64,000 nucleotides of DNA, taken from Henriciella sp. (lineage in GTDB: Bacteria; Pseudomonadota; Alphaproteobacteria; Caulobacterales; Hyphomonadaceae). The translations under genes and the position numbers were made by a program. A model generated the notes under the pieces. It searched no databases and had not been told where the DNA came from. It worked only from the letters and a program-made list of their open reading frames with translations. The stretch spans positions 513 through 64,512 of the forward strand of contig NZ_DUBH01000043.1 in the NCBI RefSeq assembly GCF_012960415.1, given 5' to 3'. This document shows, piece by piece, positions 55,009 through 64,000 of this stretch (positions are counted from its first letter, which is position 1; each line of letters opens with the position of its first letter).

Positions 55009-56046
55009 TCAATAGAGCGCCGATCCAATACCGAGGGCGGCATTGGTCTTCGCGATGGATTTTTGTGAATCTGTCGAAAGCCCTGTCAGCGCCCTGATCG
55101 CATCAATCGTTTCCGGGATGACGATCGCCTGATTGTCGACCATATAGGCATAAAAGAGTTCATTATTCTGAATCGTAACCAGGTCTTCCCAAAGAGCGAC
55201 TTCGTATAGGTTGTCATTTGGACGTTTCAGGTCGGCCATGAGTTCCTTGACACTGTTTATACCCGTCAGTCCGTCGTCCAGTCTGACCATGGCGATACGC
55301 GTCGAAGAGTGAAATGCCGCCAATACCTCCTCTCGGTCGGTGGCGCGCGACAGTTCAACGTTCCAATAATGCAGATGCGCAAGTGTTTCCGGCACCTTGA
55401 CCGCCATCGTCACGACATCGAAATCCGGATCGACGCTTTGGGCATCCGGGCCTTGATGGCTTGGAATGCTTTGTTCCGGGACTAGCGTGTTCATGATGCC
55501 GCTCTGATGGCTTTCCCAGGGATCGGTGGCGCGGCGCAAAAGCGTGCCGCGCGCCTTTTTGAGCAAACCTGCCCGTTTCAGCGCGCCGAGCGTTCGAACA
55601 ATCGACGTCGTGTTGCAGGAGACAATCCGCGTTTCATATCTGCCCACAGCGCTGTCAAAATTCGATTCGGCGACGAATGAGTGCTCGGTAAGGGCGTGGG
55701 GTTCGCCACCTTGTACAATGAATCTGAGCCCCCGCTTTCGGAAGAGAGCAACATTTCCGGTTGCAACATGTTTCGGTGTGCAATCGACGACAATATCTGC
55801 CTCGTCCAGGAGGTCATCCAAATTGCCTGACAGTACTATACCCGCTTTGCTCATCGATGTGTGCGCCTTTGGGGTTGCCGCAAAGACTCGATAGCCTCGC
55901 TGGTTCGCGACACGCAGCCGCCAGTCAACAGATGTATCAGCGATGCCTGCCAGCTGCATATCGTCCTGGCGTGTCACGGCATCGGCAACGCGTTTGCCGA
56001 TGACACCGTAACCGTTTACGGCGACCCGGATTGACTTGTCAGACAT
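55009..56046 (-). CDS. gap: Type II (archaeal-type) glyceraldehyde-3-phosphate dehydrogenase
   Basis: Colinear with archaeal GAPDH as I recall it: VAVNGYGVIGKRVADAV..QDDM, EADIVVDCTP, IVSCNTTSIVRTL (catalytic Cys), IPSHQGPD, ALWEDL, KSIAKTNAALG. Confidence 0.85.
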   Translation of the reverse strand: MSDKSIRVAVNGYGVIGKRVADAVTRQDDMQLAGIADTSVDWRLRVANQRGYRVFAATPKAHTSMSKAGIVLSGNLDDLLDEADIVVDCTPKHVATGNVALFRKRGLRFIVQGGEPHALTEHSFVAESNFDSAVGRYETRIVSCNTTSIVRTLGALKRAGLLKKARGTLLRRATDPWESHQSGIMNTLVPEQSIPSHQGPDAQSVDPDFDVVTMAVKVPETLAHLHYWNVELSRATDREEVLAAFHSSTRIAMVRLDDGLTGINSVKELMADLKRPNDNLYEVALWEDLVTIQNNELFYAYMVDNQAIVIPETIDAIRALTGLSTDSQKSIAKTNAALGIGSALY

Positions 56047-57079
56047 GCTCTTGCTCCTTCAGTGACAGATTTTTCTGCGTTGCGACCAGGTTTTGCGGCT
56101 CGCCCGCTAGATACGTCTTGATGTTCTTGATTGTGGTTTCGGCAATGCGGGCGATGGCTTCTCGCGTATTGAAAGCGGAGTGAGGTGTCACGATCACATT
56201 GGGCATTCGCAATAGAACCTGGTCGGCAACCAGGGTGCGCAGATCATCTCCGTCACAATCAACCGAACAGATCAGCTCTGCCTCTTCGCGAAGCATGGGT
56301 TCATCAGGCAGGACGTCAAGTCCGGCCGCCGCCACCTTTCCGCTCTTTAAAGCCTCGATGAGCGCATGGCTATCGACCACGTCGCCGCGCGCCGTGTTGA
56401 TGATTACGACACCGTCCTTCATGCGCATGAAGGCGTCCGCAGATAGGAGATGACGGGTCTGAGGCGTGGACGGCACGTGCAGGGATATTATGTCTGCGGT
56501 CGTTAGGAGGTCGTCAAAAGTCCGATAAGAAAAGCCCTCGCGCGTCGCAAAATCGGAATCCGGCACGATGTCAAATGCACAAACATGCATGCCAAACCCG
56601 TGAGCAATGCGGACAACATGCCGCCCGATGGCGCCGGTGCCCACCAGGCCTAGTGTCTTACCGGCGAGATCGAAGCCCGTCAGTCCGGCAGGAGAGAATG
56701 GCCCTGAGCGAGCGCGCTCCACCGCCTCGAGCAAGCGATGGCTGAGTGCAAGGAGGAGGGCGAAGACATGTTCGGCGACAGTATTTTCGCCATAGACCGG
56801 CACATTGCAGACACGAATGCCGCGTTCGGCGCACAGGGCGGTGTCAATGTGGTCAAATCCTGTCGATCGCGTCGCGATCAATTTGAGCGCTGGCAGCTGA
56901 TCCAGAACCGCACGATCGATGGCCGAATTTATGAAGGTGGAAACAATTTCGGCATCAACGAAGGCGCCGGCATTTCCGGCCGAGAGAGCTTCATCTGTCA
57001 GTCTCAGACTGTTGCCTGGCTTCAGACTGTCAAACGTTGCCGCGTCTCGCGGCTCTATTTCGAAAAACGCAATTTGCAT
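56039..57079 (-). CDS. D-isomer-specific 2-hydroxyacid dehydrogenase (LdhA/PGDH-like)
   Basis: NAD site GLVGTGAIGRHV. Catalytic region INTARGDVVD...LDVLPDEP...VTPHSAF. ATG 57079 (MQIAFFEIEP) gives the family-typical N-terminus; the ORF is open to 57262. There is an 8-nt overlap with the gap start. Confidence 0.8.
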   Translation of the reverse strand: MQIAFFEIEPRDAATFDSLKPGNSLRLTDEALSAGNAGAFVDAEIVSTFINSAIDRAVLDQLPALKLIATRSTGFDHIDTALCAERGIRVCNVPVYGENTVAEHVFALLLALSHRLLEAVERARSGPFSPAGLTGFDLAGKTLGLVGTGAIGRHVVRIAHGFGMHVCAFDIVPDSDFATREGFSYRTFDDLLTTADIISLHVPSTPQTRHLLSADAFMRMKDGVVIINTARGDVVDSHALIEALKSGKVAAAGLDVLPDEPMLREEAELICSVDCDGDDLRTLVADQVLLRMPNVIVTPHSAFNTREAIARIAETTIKNIKTYLAGEPQNLVATQKNLSLKEQEHV

Positions 57080-57380
57080 CACTCTGAACCATGCTCCTCG
57101 ATGGCGACAACCTGTACGAAACTGAAGCCGGGCCGCCGCGGATTCAGCGCGTTCTTTCGCAGAGGCAACCCAGGCGATCGGGGGCCTTCCCGGTGCGAAC
57201 TGGCTCATTTGGCTCAAAGTAAATGACGGTTTTTTCCGACGCCTGTGCTCAGCATGTTTCATGAAAGACTAATACAGATACGCGGCAGTGGTCCGGCGCA
57301 CTCATACGCAGACGAAATTCTTCACGAGGCATGATGCTGCGCAGAACTGATCACCAGCCCCCATCGCGGGAAAAGCGCTC

Positions 57381-58715
57381 TTGGTTTCATACAACGCGAA
57401 TAGTTTGCGCTTGTCAGGATACCTTGATCTATTGACGGCCTGGCCAAGGGGTGAACCCCAACCAGACGTATCTGACTGTGTGGATAAAGCCCCTTTCATT
57501 CCAGATCCGAAGGCAGCCACCGCAGACGCCGGCCATCTGCCTGCCGATTCAAGCGCGTCGACACGGCATGCTGCGCTTGCCGTTTTCGCAGCCATGTCCA
57601 TCGCTTTTATCTGGGTTAATTCTCCGGCTGTTGGGACCTACGATTTTATCCATCATACGCCTTTCTCGATTCAACTCGGAGAGGTCGGGCTGTCCAAACC
57701 ACTTGTCGATTGGATCAATGAGGGCCTGATGGTCTTCTTCTTCTTTGCGGTCGGGCTCGAAATCAAACGAGAAGTTTTGGTCGGCGACCTTGCATCGCCG
57801 CGCAGGATCGCCCTTCCCGCGATTGGCGCACTGGGCGGTATGCTCGCCCCTGCTGCAATCTATCTGATGTTCAATGCGGGTAATCCGGACACCGAACATG
57901 GCTGGGCGGTACCGGTCGCGACCGATATTGTACTCGCACTCGCCGTCTTGTCGGTACTTGGTGCCCGCGTTCCGGCCAGTCTGAAAGTCTTCCTGATGGC
58001 GCTCGCCGTATTCGATGATTTCGGAACGCTGGCTGTCATCGCGCTCTTCTATACTGAGGGGGTGAGCCTCGTCCCGCTGACTATGGCTGGTTTCGGCCTT
58101 GCCGTCCTGATCGGGTTCAACCGAATGCGCATTTCAAATATGACGCCCTATGTCCTGATAGGCATATTTGTGTGGGTCGCGGTTCTGGAATCAGGCGTGC
58201 ATGCGACCATTGCCGGTGTCCTCGTGGCCTGGACCATTCCGCTTACAATCAATGGGCGCCCCGTACTTGCGGTCATCGAAGCGGGCATGAAGCCATGGGT
58301 CGCTTATGGGGTTGTCCCGATCTTCGCCTTTTTCAACTCCGGCATTCACTTGGCGGGCATAACGCCATCCTCCCTGCTCGGACCCGCCAGCCTCGGCGCC
58401 GGGCTGGGCCTTTTCCTTGGCAAGCCGCTTGGTGTATTTGGTGCGGCCAGCCTGGCTGTCTGGAGTGGGTTAGGCAAACGACCTTTCGGCGTCAGCTGGC
58501 TGCATTTGCTCGGCGCGTCCTTTCTGGCGGGGGTTGGGTTTACAATCAGCCTGTTCGTGGCGGCGCTCGCATTCGATAGTCCAACCGCTTTGCAAGGGGT
58601 CACTTTGAGTGTGATCATCGGGTCCACGCTTTCGGCGGTGACCGGGCTTGGCCTGCTTGCTGCCGCCAGACAAAGGCTCCAGCCACTCAGACCCGATGAG
58701 ACATTCGCTCGATGA
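57381..58715 (+). CDS. nhaA: Na+/H+ antiporter NhaA
   Basis: WINEGLMVFFFFAVGLEIKRE, the DD pair in FDDFG (ALAVFDDFGTLAVIALFY), and overall NhaA colinearity. The start is uncertain (TTG 57381 or GTG 57480). Confidence 0.85.
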   Translation: MVSYNANSLRLSGYLDLLTAWPRGEPQPDVSDCVDKAPFIPDPKAATADAGHLPADSSASTRHAALAVFAAMSIAFIWVNSPAVGTYDFIHHTPFSIQLGEVGLSKPLVDWINEGLMVFFFFAVGLEIKREVLVGDLASPRRIALPAIGALGGMLAPAAIYLMFNAGNPDTEHGWAVPVATDIVLALAVLSVLGARVPASLKVFLMALAVFDDFGTLAVIALFYTEGVSLVPLTMAGFGLAVLIGFNRMRISNMTPYVLIGIFVWVAVLESGVHATIAGVLVAWTIPLTINGRPVLAVIEAGMKPWVAYGVVPIFAFFNSGIHLAGITPSSLLGPASLGAGLGLFLGKPLGVFGAASLAVWSGLGKRPFGVSWLHLLGASFLAGVGFTISLFVAALAFDSPTALQGVTLSVIIGSTLSAVTGLGLLAAARQRLQPLRPDETFAR

Positions 58716-59208
58716 TAATGTTGCTGGTGCGCCCTTACTGGCCATTTGCGGCGATGCCAATCGTGTTGCCACCCAATTGGCGTCCCCACCGATGAAGACC
58801 TCGTACGGCTGAGCCGGATGCGGTCGCAGGCGTTCAAATCGACCACACAATCACCTGAAATATTTGGACCGCTTGCAAGCCAGGATACACCGACCTGCCA
58901 GCTGGGATAGAAACGATATCCGAATATTGGGCGCAATCCTGCAATGATTCCTTAGGTGGCGTCGCCTTCGACTTGGCACGTTCACTCCGAGGGCGCGAAC
59001 GGCTGCGGTCCCAGCCTCGTGAGTGAGTCTAGAATGGGTCTCGCAATGTCGCGGAAGCGCCTGCGGGCTGGACGTCTTGTTTCGTTTAGCTGCAAAAAAA
59101 CTGAAACGTGTAATGCGCGGCCAAGGTCTGCGTCTGTTCGTCTTGCAGTCCTATTGGCTGCGATGTGGCTCGGACGGCGAACCACATCACAATACAGGAA
59201 AGTTTAAG

Positions 59209-59541
59209 ATGAACTCTCACCAAAGTCCCCGCCGGCAAACTTCCGATGGCTCAAGCCACTCCTCCCACACTTTACCCAAGGTCTTGACCTGCGTCATATC
59301 CAGCCTTGGGATTGGCCTGTTTGGCGTGGGACTAGGTGCAATCGTGGCACCTTATATCGCAGAAACCGCTGCGCTGATTGCCCTTCTCGGACTGACGGTT
59401 CACCTTGTCGCCTTGATCCGCAGCGTTCGCCACAGACGCCCAGGCATATCCGATCAGCAACTTTGGCTCACAGCAATCTATCTAAGCTGCTGGACCATAC
59501 TGATCGTGCTCACTTTACGCCTGTTTAAGGTTTGGTTTTGA
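59209..59541 (+). CDS. Hypothetical small membrane protein (3 TM segments)
   Basis: 110 aa. AGGAAAG lies upstream of ATG 59209. Three hydrophobic segments. No family recognised. Confidence 0.4.
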   Translation: MNSHQSPRRQTSDGSSHSSHTLPKVLTCVISSLGIGLFGVGLGAIVAPYIAETAALIALLGLTVHLVALIRSVRHRRPGISDQQLWLTAIYLSCWTILIVLTLRLFKVWF

Positions 59542-59723
59542 TGGATCCTGGGCAATTGATACCTCATTGAAGGAATACGGAGCGGCCATGACGAGGCGTT
59601 CAAAGTTGACGAGAAAGAGTGATTGCGCGCGTCTTTCGCTGAATGTCGCGTCTGCTTGCGGGCGGCAAAGTCCAAAAAGCGCAAGGGGATTGGTTTGAGC
59701 CAGGATATCAGGGACCGACAATA

Positions 59724-60494
59724 TCAGGCGGATTTGACGGTAATATCGTGCAGAATATCGCCGGCATGCGCAAAGTGATCGGCCGCATTTGAGAGGTGGC
59801 GATAAATTTCCCGACGCTTGAGCGTCTCCATGACAAAGGAAACCCCTTTCAGGACAGAGTCGCAGCTCGCCTTATCGTCCGGTTCGAGCAAAGGTCGTAA
59901 ATCCTCACTGAGGTCCTTGCGTCGCGCCGCCAAATCGTTGGCATAATGCTGCGGGCTGAATAATTCGGCTATCGCTCGCCGATAGACTTTCTCAACGTGA
60001 CGCTCGGTCTTGCGAACAGCGTTTGCGGCGCGTTCCGCTTCCCCCGGATTGGTTTTCAGAACACTGAATCCGCGTTGCAGTGATCTGGCGCCCTGCAGCA
60101 GCAAGTCAGCCATTTCAGCCATAGGCTTGTCGGGGCTCACTCCAAGAACATCCATCTCCCACACCGAGGTTTTGGCATAGTTGAGCCCATCATCGATAGC
60201 GGTAATCGCGCGGTAGATGTCTTCACGATCATAGGGCGTTGCGAAGGAACGGTTCAGTATATCGATGTTTCTTGCTTTCAAACTGTCGCCTTCGTGTTCG
60301 AGCTGGCGAACCCTGTCGGCAGCGGCTTGGTCCCCCGTCATCATGAATTCAGCAAAAACCTCCATCCCCTGCACGACGAGTTCACATTGATCATTGAGCA
60401 ACTGATGAAAATCTGGCGTGCGCGGAAACAGTCCGTTCAAAATCCGAACAAGGCTCGGAGGACGCTTAACGTCACCTGGGCGTTTCGACATCAT
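59724..60494 (-). CDS. DUF47 / PhoU-like phosphate-transport regulator (Pit accessory protein)
   Basis: 256 aa, helical. The TIGR00153-like pattern FPRTPDFHQLLNDQCELVVQGMEVFAEFM...EHEGD...REDIY lies directly downstream of a Pit transporter gene. Confidence 0.7.
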   Translation of the reverse strand: MMSKRPGDVKRPPSLVRILNGLFPRTPDFHQLLNDQCELVVQGMEVFAEFMMTGDQAAADRVRQLEHEGDSLKARNIDILNRSFATPYDREDIYRAITAIDDGLNYAKTSVWEMDVLGVSPDKPMAEMADLLLQGARSLQRGFSVLKTNPGEAERAANAVRKTERHVEKVYRRAIAELFSPQHYANDLAARRKDLSEDLRPLLEPDDKASCDSVLKGVSFVMETLKRREIYRHLSNAADHFAHAGDILHDITVKSA

Positions 60495-60527
60495 ACTTCC
60501 TTTCTCGCGTGCCCCGAGGGCGTCCTG

Positions 60528-61568
60528 CTAAACGATTGCGCCAAGCGCTTGCATAAGAAGATACAGCGCGATCGATATCGCGGCTGCACCGGGCATGGTA
60601 ATCAGCCAGGCGCCTATGATGTGCTGCGCCGTGCCCCAGCGGACCGACTTTGGACGCTCAGATGCACCGATGCCCATTATGGACGTGCTCACGACCTGAG
60701 TGGTTGAAACCGGCGCGCCCGTCATGGACGCGGCCAGAATCAGGCTTGCCGATGCAAGCTGGGCATCAAGCGCATGAATGGGTCTGACTTTGTAGATCCC
60801 GAAGCCGAGCGTTCGAACGATCCGCCAACCACCTGAAAACGTGCCCAAAGTGATGGAAGTTGCGCTTGCGAGGATCACCCAAATCGGCACGGTGAACTCT
60901 GCATTGACGCCGCTGATCACAAGTAACATGGCGATAATCCCCATCCCCTTTTGAGCGTCATTCGTACCATGAGAAAAGGCGAGCGCTGCGGTCGCCACCC
61001 ATTGAAATCCGCGCAAGTTACGATTGACGGCCGGACGAGCGCCGCGCAGCGCAAATCTTACCAAGCGGTGGATAATCCAGCCGAACAGAAATCCGAGGAC
61101 TGGCGAAATAAGCAGCGCACCCAGGACCTTGGTGACGCCGCTCACGCGCCCTGCGTTCAACTCGGACATCCCCCATTCGACATGCTCTGGTCCGGCAGAA
61201 ACCAGCACAGCCCCAACCAGACCGCCTACGAGCGCTTGAGAAGAGGATGCTGGCAGTCCGAACCACCAGGTAATTAAATTCCACCCGATTGCGCCCCCCA
61301 AGCCTGAAAGCACAATCGTGAGCGACGCGATATTCTGTAGATCAGTGACATCAATAAAGTTGCCGATCGTATTGGCAACGGCTGTTCCACCCAGAACAGG
61401 GCCAAGAAAGGTGAATACGGACACAAGTATCGCGGCTTGTATTGGCGTTGCTGCTCGCGAGGCGACAATTGTGGCAAGCATATTCGCGGCGTCCTGGAGG
61501 CCATTGGTATAATCATAGGCCAGCACGATCAGAATTCCGGCGATCAACAAGACAAGAGTGTTGGTCAT
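60528..61568 (-). CDS. pitA: Inorganic phosphate transporter, PiT (PHO4) family
   Basis: The two PHO4 signature repeats, YDYTNGLQDAANMLAT and FSHGTNDAQKGMG. ATG 61568 (MTNTLVLLIAG). The ORF is open to 61628. Confidence 0.88.
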   Translation of the reverse strand: MTNTLVLLIAGILIVLAYDYTNGLQDAANMLATIVASRAATPIQAAILVSVFTFLGPVLGGTAVANTIGNFIDVTDLQNIASLTIVLSGLGGAIGWNLITWWFGLPASSSQALVGGLVGAVLVSAGPEHVEWGMSELNAGRVSGVTKVLGALLISPVLGFLFGWIIHRLVRFALRGARPAVNRNLRGFQWVATAALAFSHGTNDAQKGMGIIAMLLVISGVNAEFTVPIWVILASATSITLGTFSGGWRIVRTLGFGIYKVRPIHALDAQLASASLILAASMTGAPVSTTQVVSTSIMGIGASERPKSVRWGTAQHIIGAWLITMPGAAAISIALYLLMQALGAIV

Positions 61569-61736
61569 CGACCCGCCCGCAGGATTTAAGAGACTGAAGA
61601 CACAGCAGCTGCGCTGCGCACACGCCACAATCGCTTCCCTGTCGCGGGTTCGTTTGGCCGGGAGAGACAGCTCATTCTGCGGCAGTCAACCGGATCTGGC
61701 GATCGTCGCAAGATCTCGATTTGGTCAGGCCGAGAT

Positions 61737-61883
61737 CTATGCGCGCCAGTGTCCGGCGAAGTCGCACAGCTTCTGGTGTATGGCCGTCCCCGCACGTTCC
61801 AGCTTTGCCAGTTTCTCCCGGAAGATTGGCACATAGACCATGATGACTGGTCGCCCGTCACATTGATCCTGACTGTCTGTCAT
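61737..61883 (-). CDS. Hypothetical 48-aa protein
   Basis: A perfect AGGAGG lies 7 nt upstream of ATG 61883. Product: MTDSQDQCDGRPVIMVYVPIFREKLAKLERAGTAIHQKLCDFAGHWRA. No family recognised. Confidence 0.3.
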   Translation of the reverse strand: MTDSQDQCDGRPVIMVYVPIFREKLAKLERAGTAIHQKLCDFAGHWRA

Positions 61884-62174
61884 CTGGCGGCCTCCTGGTC
61901 GGCGATCGACGCGGAAAACGGATTGTCGCGTCTGCGATAGGGTGATCAACATCAAACGGATGCAAACGTTTGAGTTTACTCTGATATGATACGCATATGA
62001 CGCGCGAGGCCCTCATACGTTACAGTTCCAACTGTTTGGACCGAGCTGCGGCCGCATCGAAAATCAGCCGAACGGGCTGCTCTGACATTTCCATGCTGGC
62101 AAGAGTCCGGGTCGAGAGTGCGCCCCTGTTCCAGGTTACAGCGTCTAGCATCGTGTGCTGGAAGACGAAGTGAA

Positions 62175-62978
62175 TCATCGATGCAGGGCTGCAATGGTTT
62201 TCTTTGTGGCCTGCAAGACAATTGTTTCATCGGGAACGGCCAGGGCCTTGTCCGTCTCCGGACAATCAATCGATTTGATGATATGCCGGATCGTATTCAA
62301 TCGCGCCTGGCGCTTGTCGTCGGTGTGAACGGCAAACCACGGCGCGTGCGTCAAGTCCGTACGACGCAGCATGTCATCGCGCGCAGCCGTATAGTCATCC
62401 CACTTTTCGAGTGCGACCGCATCAATCGGGCTTTTCTTCCATTGTTTGAGCGGATCTTTATCACGGTCTGCGAGGCGGCGCGACTGTTCAGGCTTGCTTA
62501 TGTCGAGATAGTATTTGAGAATCTGGGTTCCGTCGCCAACCAGCATTTTTTCGAACGCGCCAACATTGTCATAAAACGCTTCAACCTGGTCATCACTGGC
62601 AAATCCCATGACCCGTTCCACCCCGGCGCGATTGTACCATGACCGATTGAACAGGACGATTTCTCCATCGGCTGGCAAATGCGACGCGTAGCGTTGGAAA
62701 TACCAGCTCCGCGTGTCCCGGTCTGACGGCTTTCCAAGCGCAACGACGCGCGTCTCTCGCGGACTGAGATGTTCGGTGATCCGCTTGATGATGCCGTCTT
62801 TGCCAGCCGCATCCCGTCCTTCAAATATTATTAGTATACGATGGTTATGCGCTATTGCCCGTCGCTGAATTTTGACAAGCTCAATCTGCAGGTCACGCAA
62901 GTCATGTTTGTAGACTTTCTTGGAGCGTCCTGCCTCTTTTTTGTCATCTCTGGGCATTGGCGAACGGTCTTTCATCAT
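62175..62978 (-). CDS. ppk2: Polyphosphate kinase 2 (single-domain PPK2)
   Basis: ILIIFEGRDAAGKDGIIKRI (Walker A-like), WYFQRY, and FNRSWYNRAGVERVMGF (lid). The start is uncertain (62978, 62975 or 62957). Confidence 0.88.
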   Translation of the reverse strand: MMKDRSPMPRDDKKEAGRSKKVYKHDLRDLQIELVKIQRRAIAHNHRILIIFEGRDAAGKDGIIKRITEHLSPRETRVVALGKPSDRDTRSWYFQRYASHLPADGEIVLFNRSWYNRAGVERVMGFASDDQVEAFYDNVGAFEKMLVGDGTQILKYYLDISKPEQSRRLADRDKDPLKQWKKSPIDAVALEKWDDYTAARDDMLRRTDLTHAPWFAVHTDDKRQARLNTIRHIIKSIDCPETDKALAVPDETIVLQATKKTIAALHR

Positions 62979-64000
62979 TTACGGGCGACACCTGTCGAAG
63001 GGGGCCACGCGCGGGCTCAGTCCGATACAGATAGTCGCGTGTCAGCGGCACAGCATCCTGGCGTTTGGCGAGTTGAAGCTGGAAGACGTTGTGGACGCCA
63101 TGCCGGAATGACAATTCACTGCACACGAGGTAGAAATCCCACATACGTACAAAGCGATCATCATAGAGCGCTTTGGCCTCGTCTGCTCGCGCGAGAAACC
63201 GTGATCGCCAGGCTTTGAGGGTTTCTGCATAGTGCAGGCGCAGGATTTCAACATCGAGGACCATCAGGCCGGCTTTTTCGATCGCAGGCAGGATTTCAGA
63301 TAGCGCCGGTATGTAACCGCCTGGAAAAATGTGGCGGGCGATCCATGGATTCGTCGCTCCCGGTCCTGGGGTCCGCCCAATCGTGTGAATGAGCGCCGTG
63401 CCGTTATCTTTCAGGCACGTCGCAATCTGATCGAAATATTCGCGATAGTGCGGCACACCGACATGCTCAAACATGCCTACCGAGACGATACGGTCATAAC
63501 GCCCGGTCAGATTGCGATAATCCTGAAGCTCGAACTCCACTCTATCGCTGACGCCCATGTCGTCCGCGCGCTCGCGGGCAAGGCAATGCTGCTCGCATGA
63601 CAGAGTGACCCCGTGAACACGGACATTTTCACGGCCGGCAAGATGTAAGGCCAGTCCGCCCCACCCGCATCCGATATCGAGCACAGTGTCGCCCGGTTTC
63701 AGGCACAGCTTGCGTGCGACATGATCTTTCTTGAAGCGTTGTGCATCGGCCAGAGACGTCTCCGGGTCAGGGAAGTAGGCGCATGAATACTGCATGTCCT
63801 CATCGAGGAAGAGGCGGTAAAGATCGTTGCCGATATCATAATGGTGCGCGACATTTCGAGCCGAGCGTGCGCGTGGATTGAACTGCGCGACCGCCCGAAA
63901 CGTCTTTCTGAGGAATGCCGGTAGCGAGGCACTCGGGCTGCCATCAGACAATATATTCGTCCAGAAAATATCCAGCAGATCATAAAGGTCGCCCGCTTCC
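62944..64000 (-). CDS. cfa: Cyclopropane-fatty-acyl-phospholipid synthase family methyltransferase; the 5' end lies beyond the window
   Basis: HYDIGNDLYRLFLDEDMQYSCAYF, VLDIGCGWGGLALHLA and MFEHVG are CFA-synthase hallmarks. The reading frame stays open to nt 64000 (EAGDLYDLLDIFWTNILSDG...). Confidence 0.88.
   Translation of the reverse strand, partial: EAGDLYDLLDIFWTNILSDGSPSASLPAFLRKTFRAVAQFNPRARSARNVAHHYDIGNDLYRLFLDEDMQYSCAYFPDPETSLADAQRFKKDHVARKLCLKPGDTVLDIGCGWGGLALHLAGRENVRVHGVTLSCEQHCLARERADDMGVSDRVEFELQDYRNLTGRYDRIVSVGMFEHVGVPHYREYFDQIATCLKDNGTALIHTIGRTPGPGATNPWIARHIFPGGYIPALSEILPAIEKAGLMVLDVEILRLHYAETLKAWRSRFLARADEAKALYDDRFVRMWDFYLVCSELSFRHGVHNVFQLQLAKRQDAVPLTRDYLYRTEPARGPLRQVSPVNDERPFANAQR

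Noticed and set aside
1-64000. Looked for CRISPR arrays, rRNA or tRNA genes, integrases, transposases or IS inverted repeats, and reverse transcriptases (retron or DGR).
   Set aside because: I found no regularly spaced repeats, no tRNA cloverleaf, and no DDE, tyrosine-recombinase or RT motifs in any frame of the ORF track. The only repeated elements seen are the 17-bp dyads and the diverged cop module duplication.

Overview
GC-rich window, most likely alphaproteobacterial, because it carries a NepR/EcfG-type stress sigma module.

**nt 1 to ~24,300 (core-like):**
- The 3' part of a PUFA-synthase-like type I PKS locus: the KR end of a PfaA-like gene, one 7.3-kb KS-CLF-AT-DH-DH-DH gene, and a small GNAT acyltransferase.
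- A convergent nepR-ecfG-PPTase operon.
- tamA-tamB.
- A valine-catabolism operon (mmsA, acyl-CoA dehydrogenase, 3-hydroxyisobutyryl-CoA hydrolase, mmsB) with a divergent LysR regulator and a 31-bp perfect palindrome between them.
- An ACAD-fold enzyme and an MFS transporter.

**nt ~24,300 to 64,000 (accessory mosaic, visibly lower and patchier GC):**
- An AbiEi/AbiEii toxin-antitoxin pair and a 0.6-kb AT-rich non-coding spacer.
- A copper island: multicopper oxidase CopA, CopB, two paralogous DUF2231/His-rich/NTF2-like fusion proteins, a truncated copB copy, a SHOCT protein, an acyltransferase-3/unknown/AraC operon, a Cu P-type ATPase and a DUF411 protein.
- An APC permease, a small K-channel-like protein, and a YbhGFSR-like HlyD/ABC-2 exporter.
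- Gene remnants.
- An arginine deiminase operon (porin, YfcC-type carrier, arcA, arcB, frameshifted arcC) extended by a membrane-anchored AlbA_2 protein and a thioesterase.
- A methyltransferase, an archaeal-type (type II) GAPDH coupled to a 2-hydroxyacid dehydrogenase, and NhaA.
- A Pit/DUF47/PPK2 phosphate cluster and a 5'-partial CFA synthase.

I recognised no rRNA, tRNA, CRISPR array, integrase or transposase.

**Strongest leads:**
- The non-canonical PKS + GNAT + sigma-coupled PPTase arrangement.
- A 17-bp CsoR-like palindrome present three times in the copper island, with no cognate regulator in the window.
- The duplicated DUF2231/His-rich/NTF2 fusions.

All family assignments come from motif recognition by eye. 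No database search was run.
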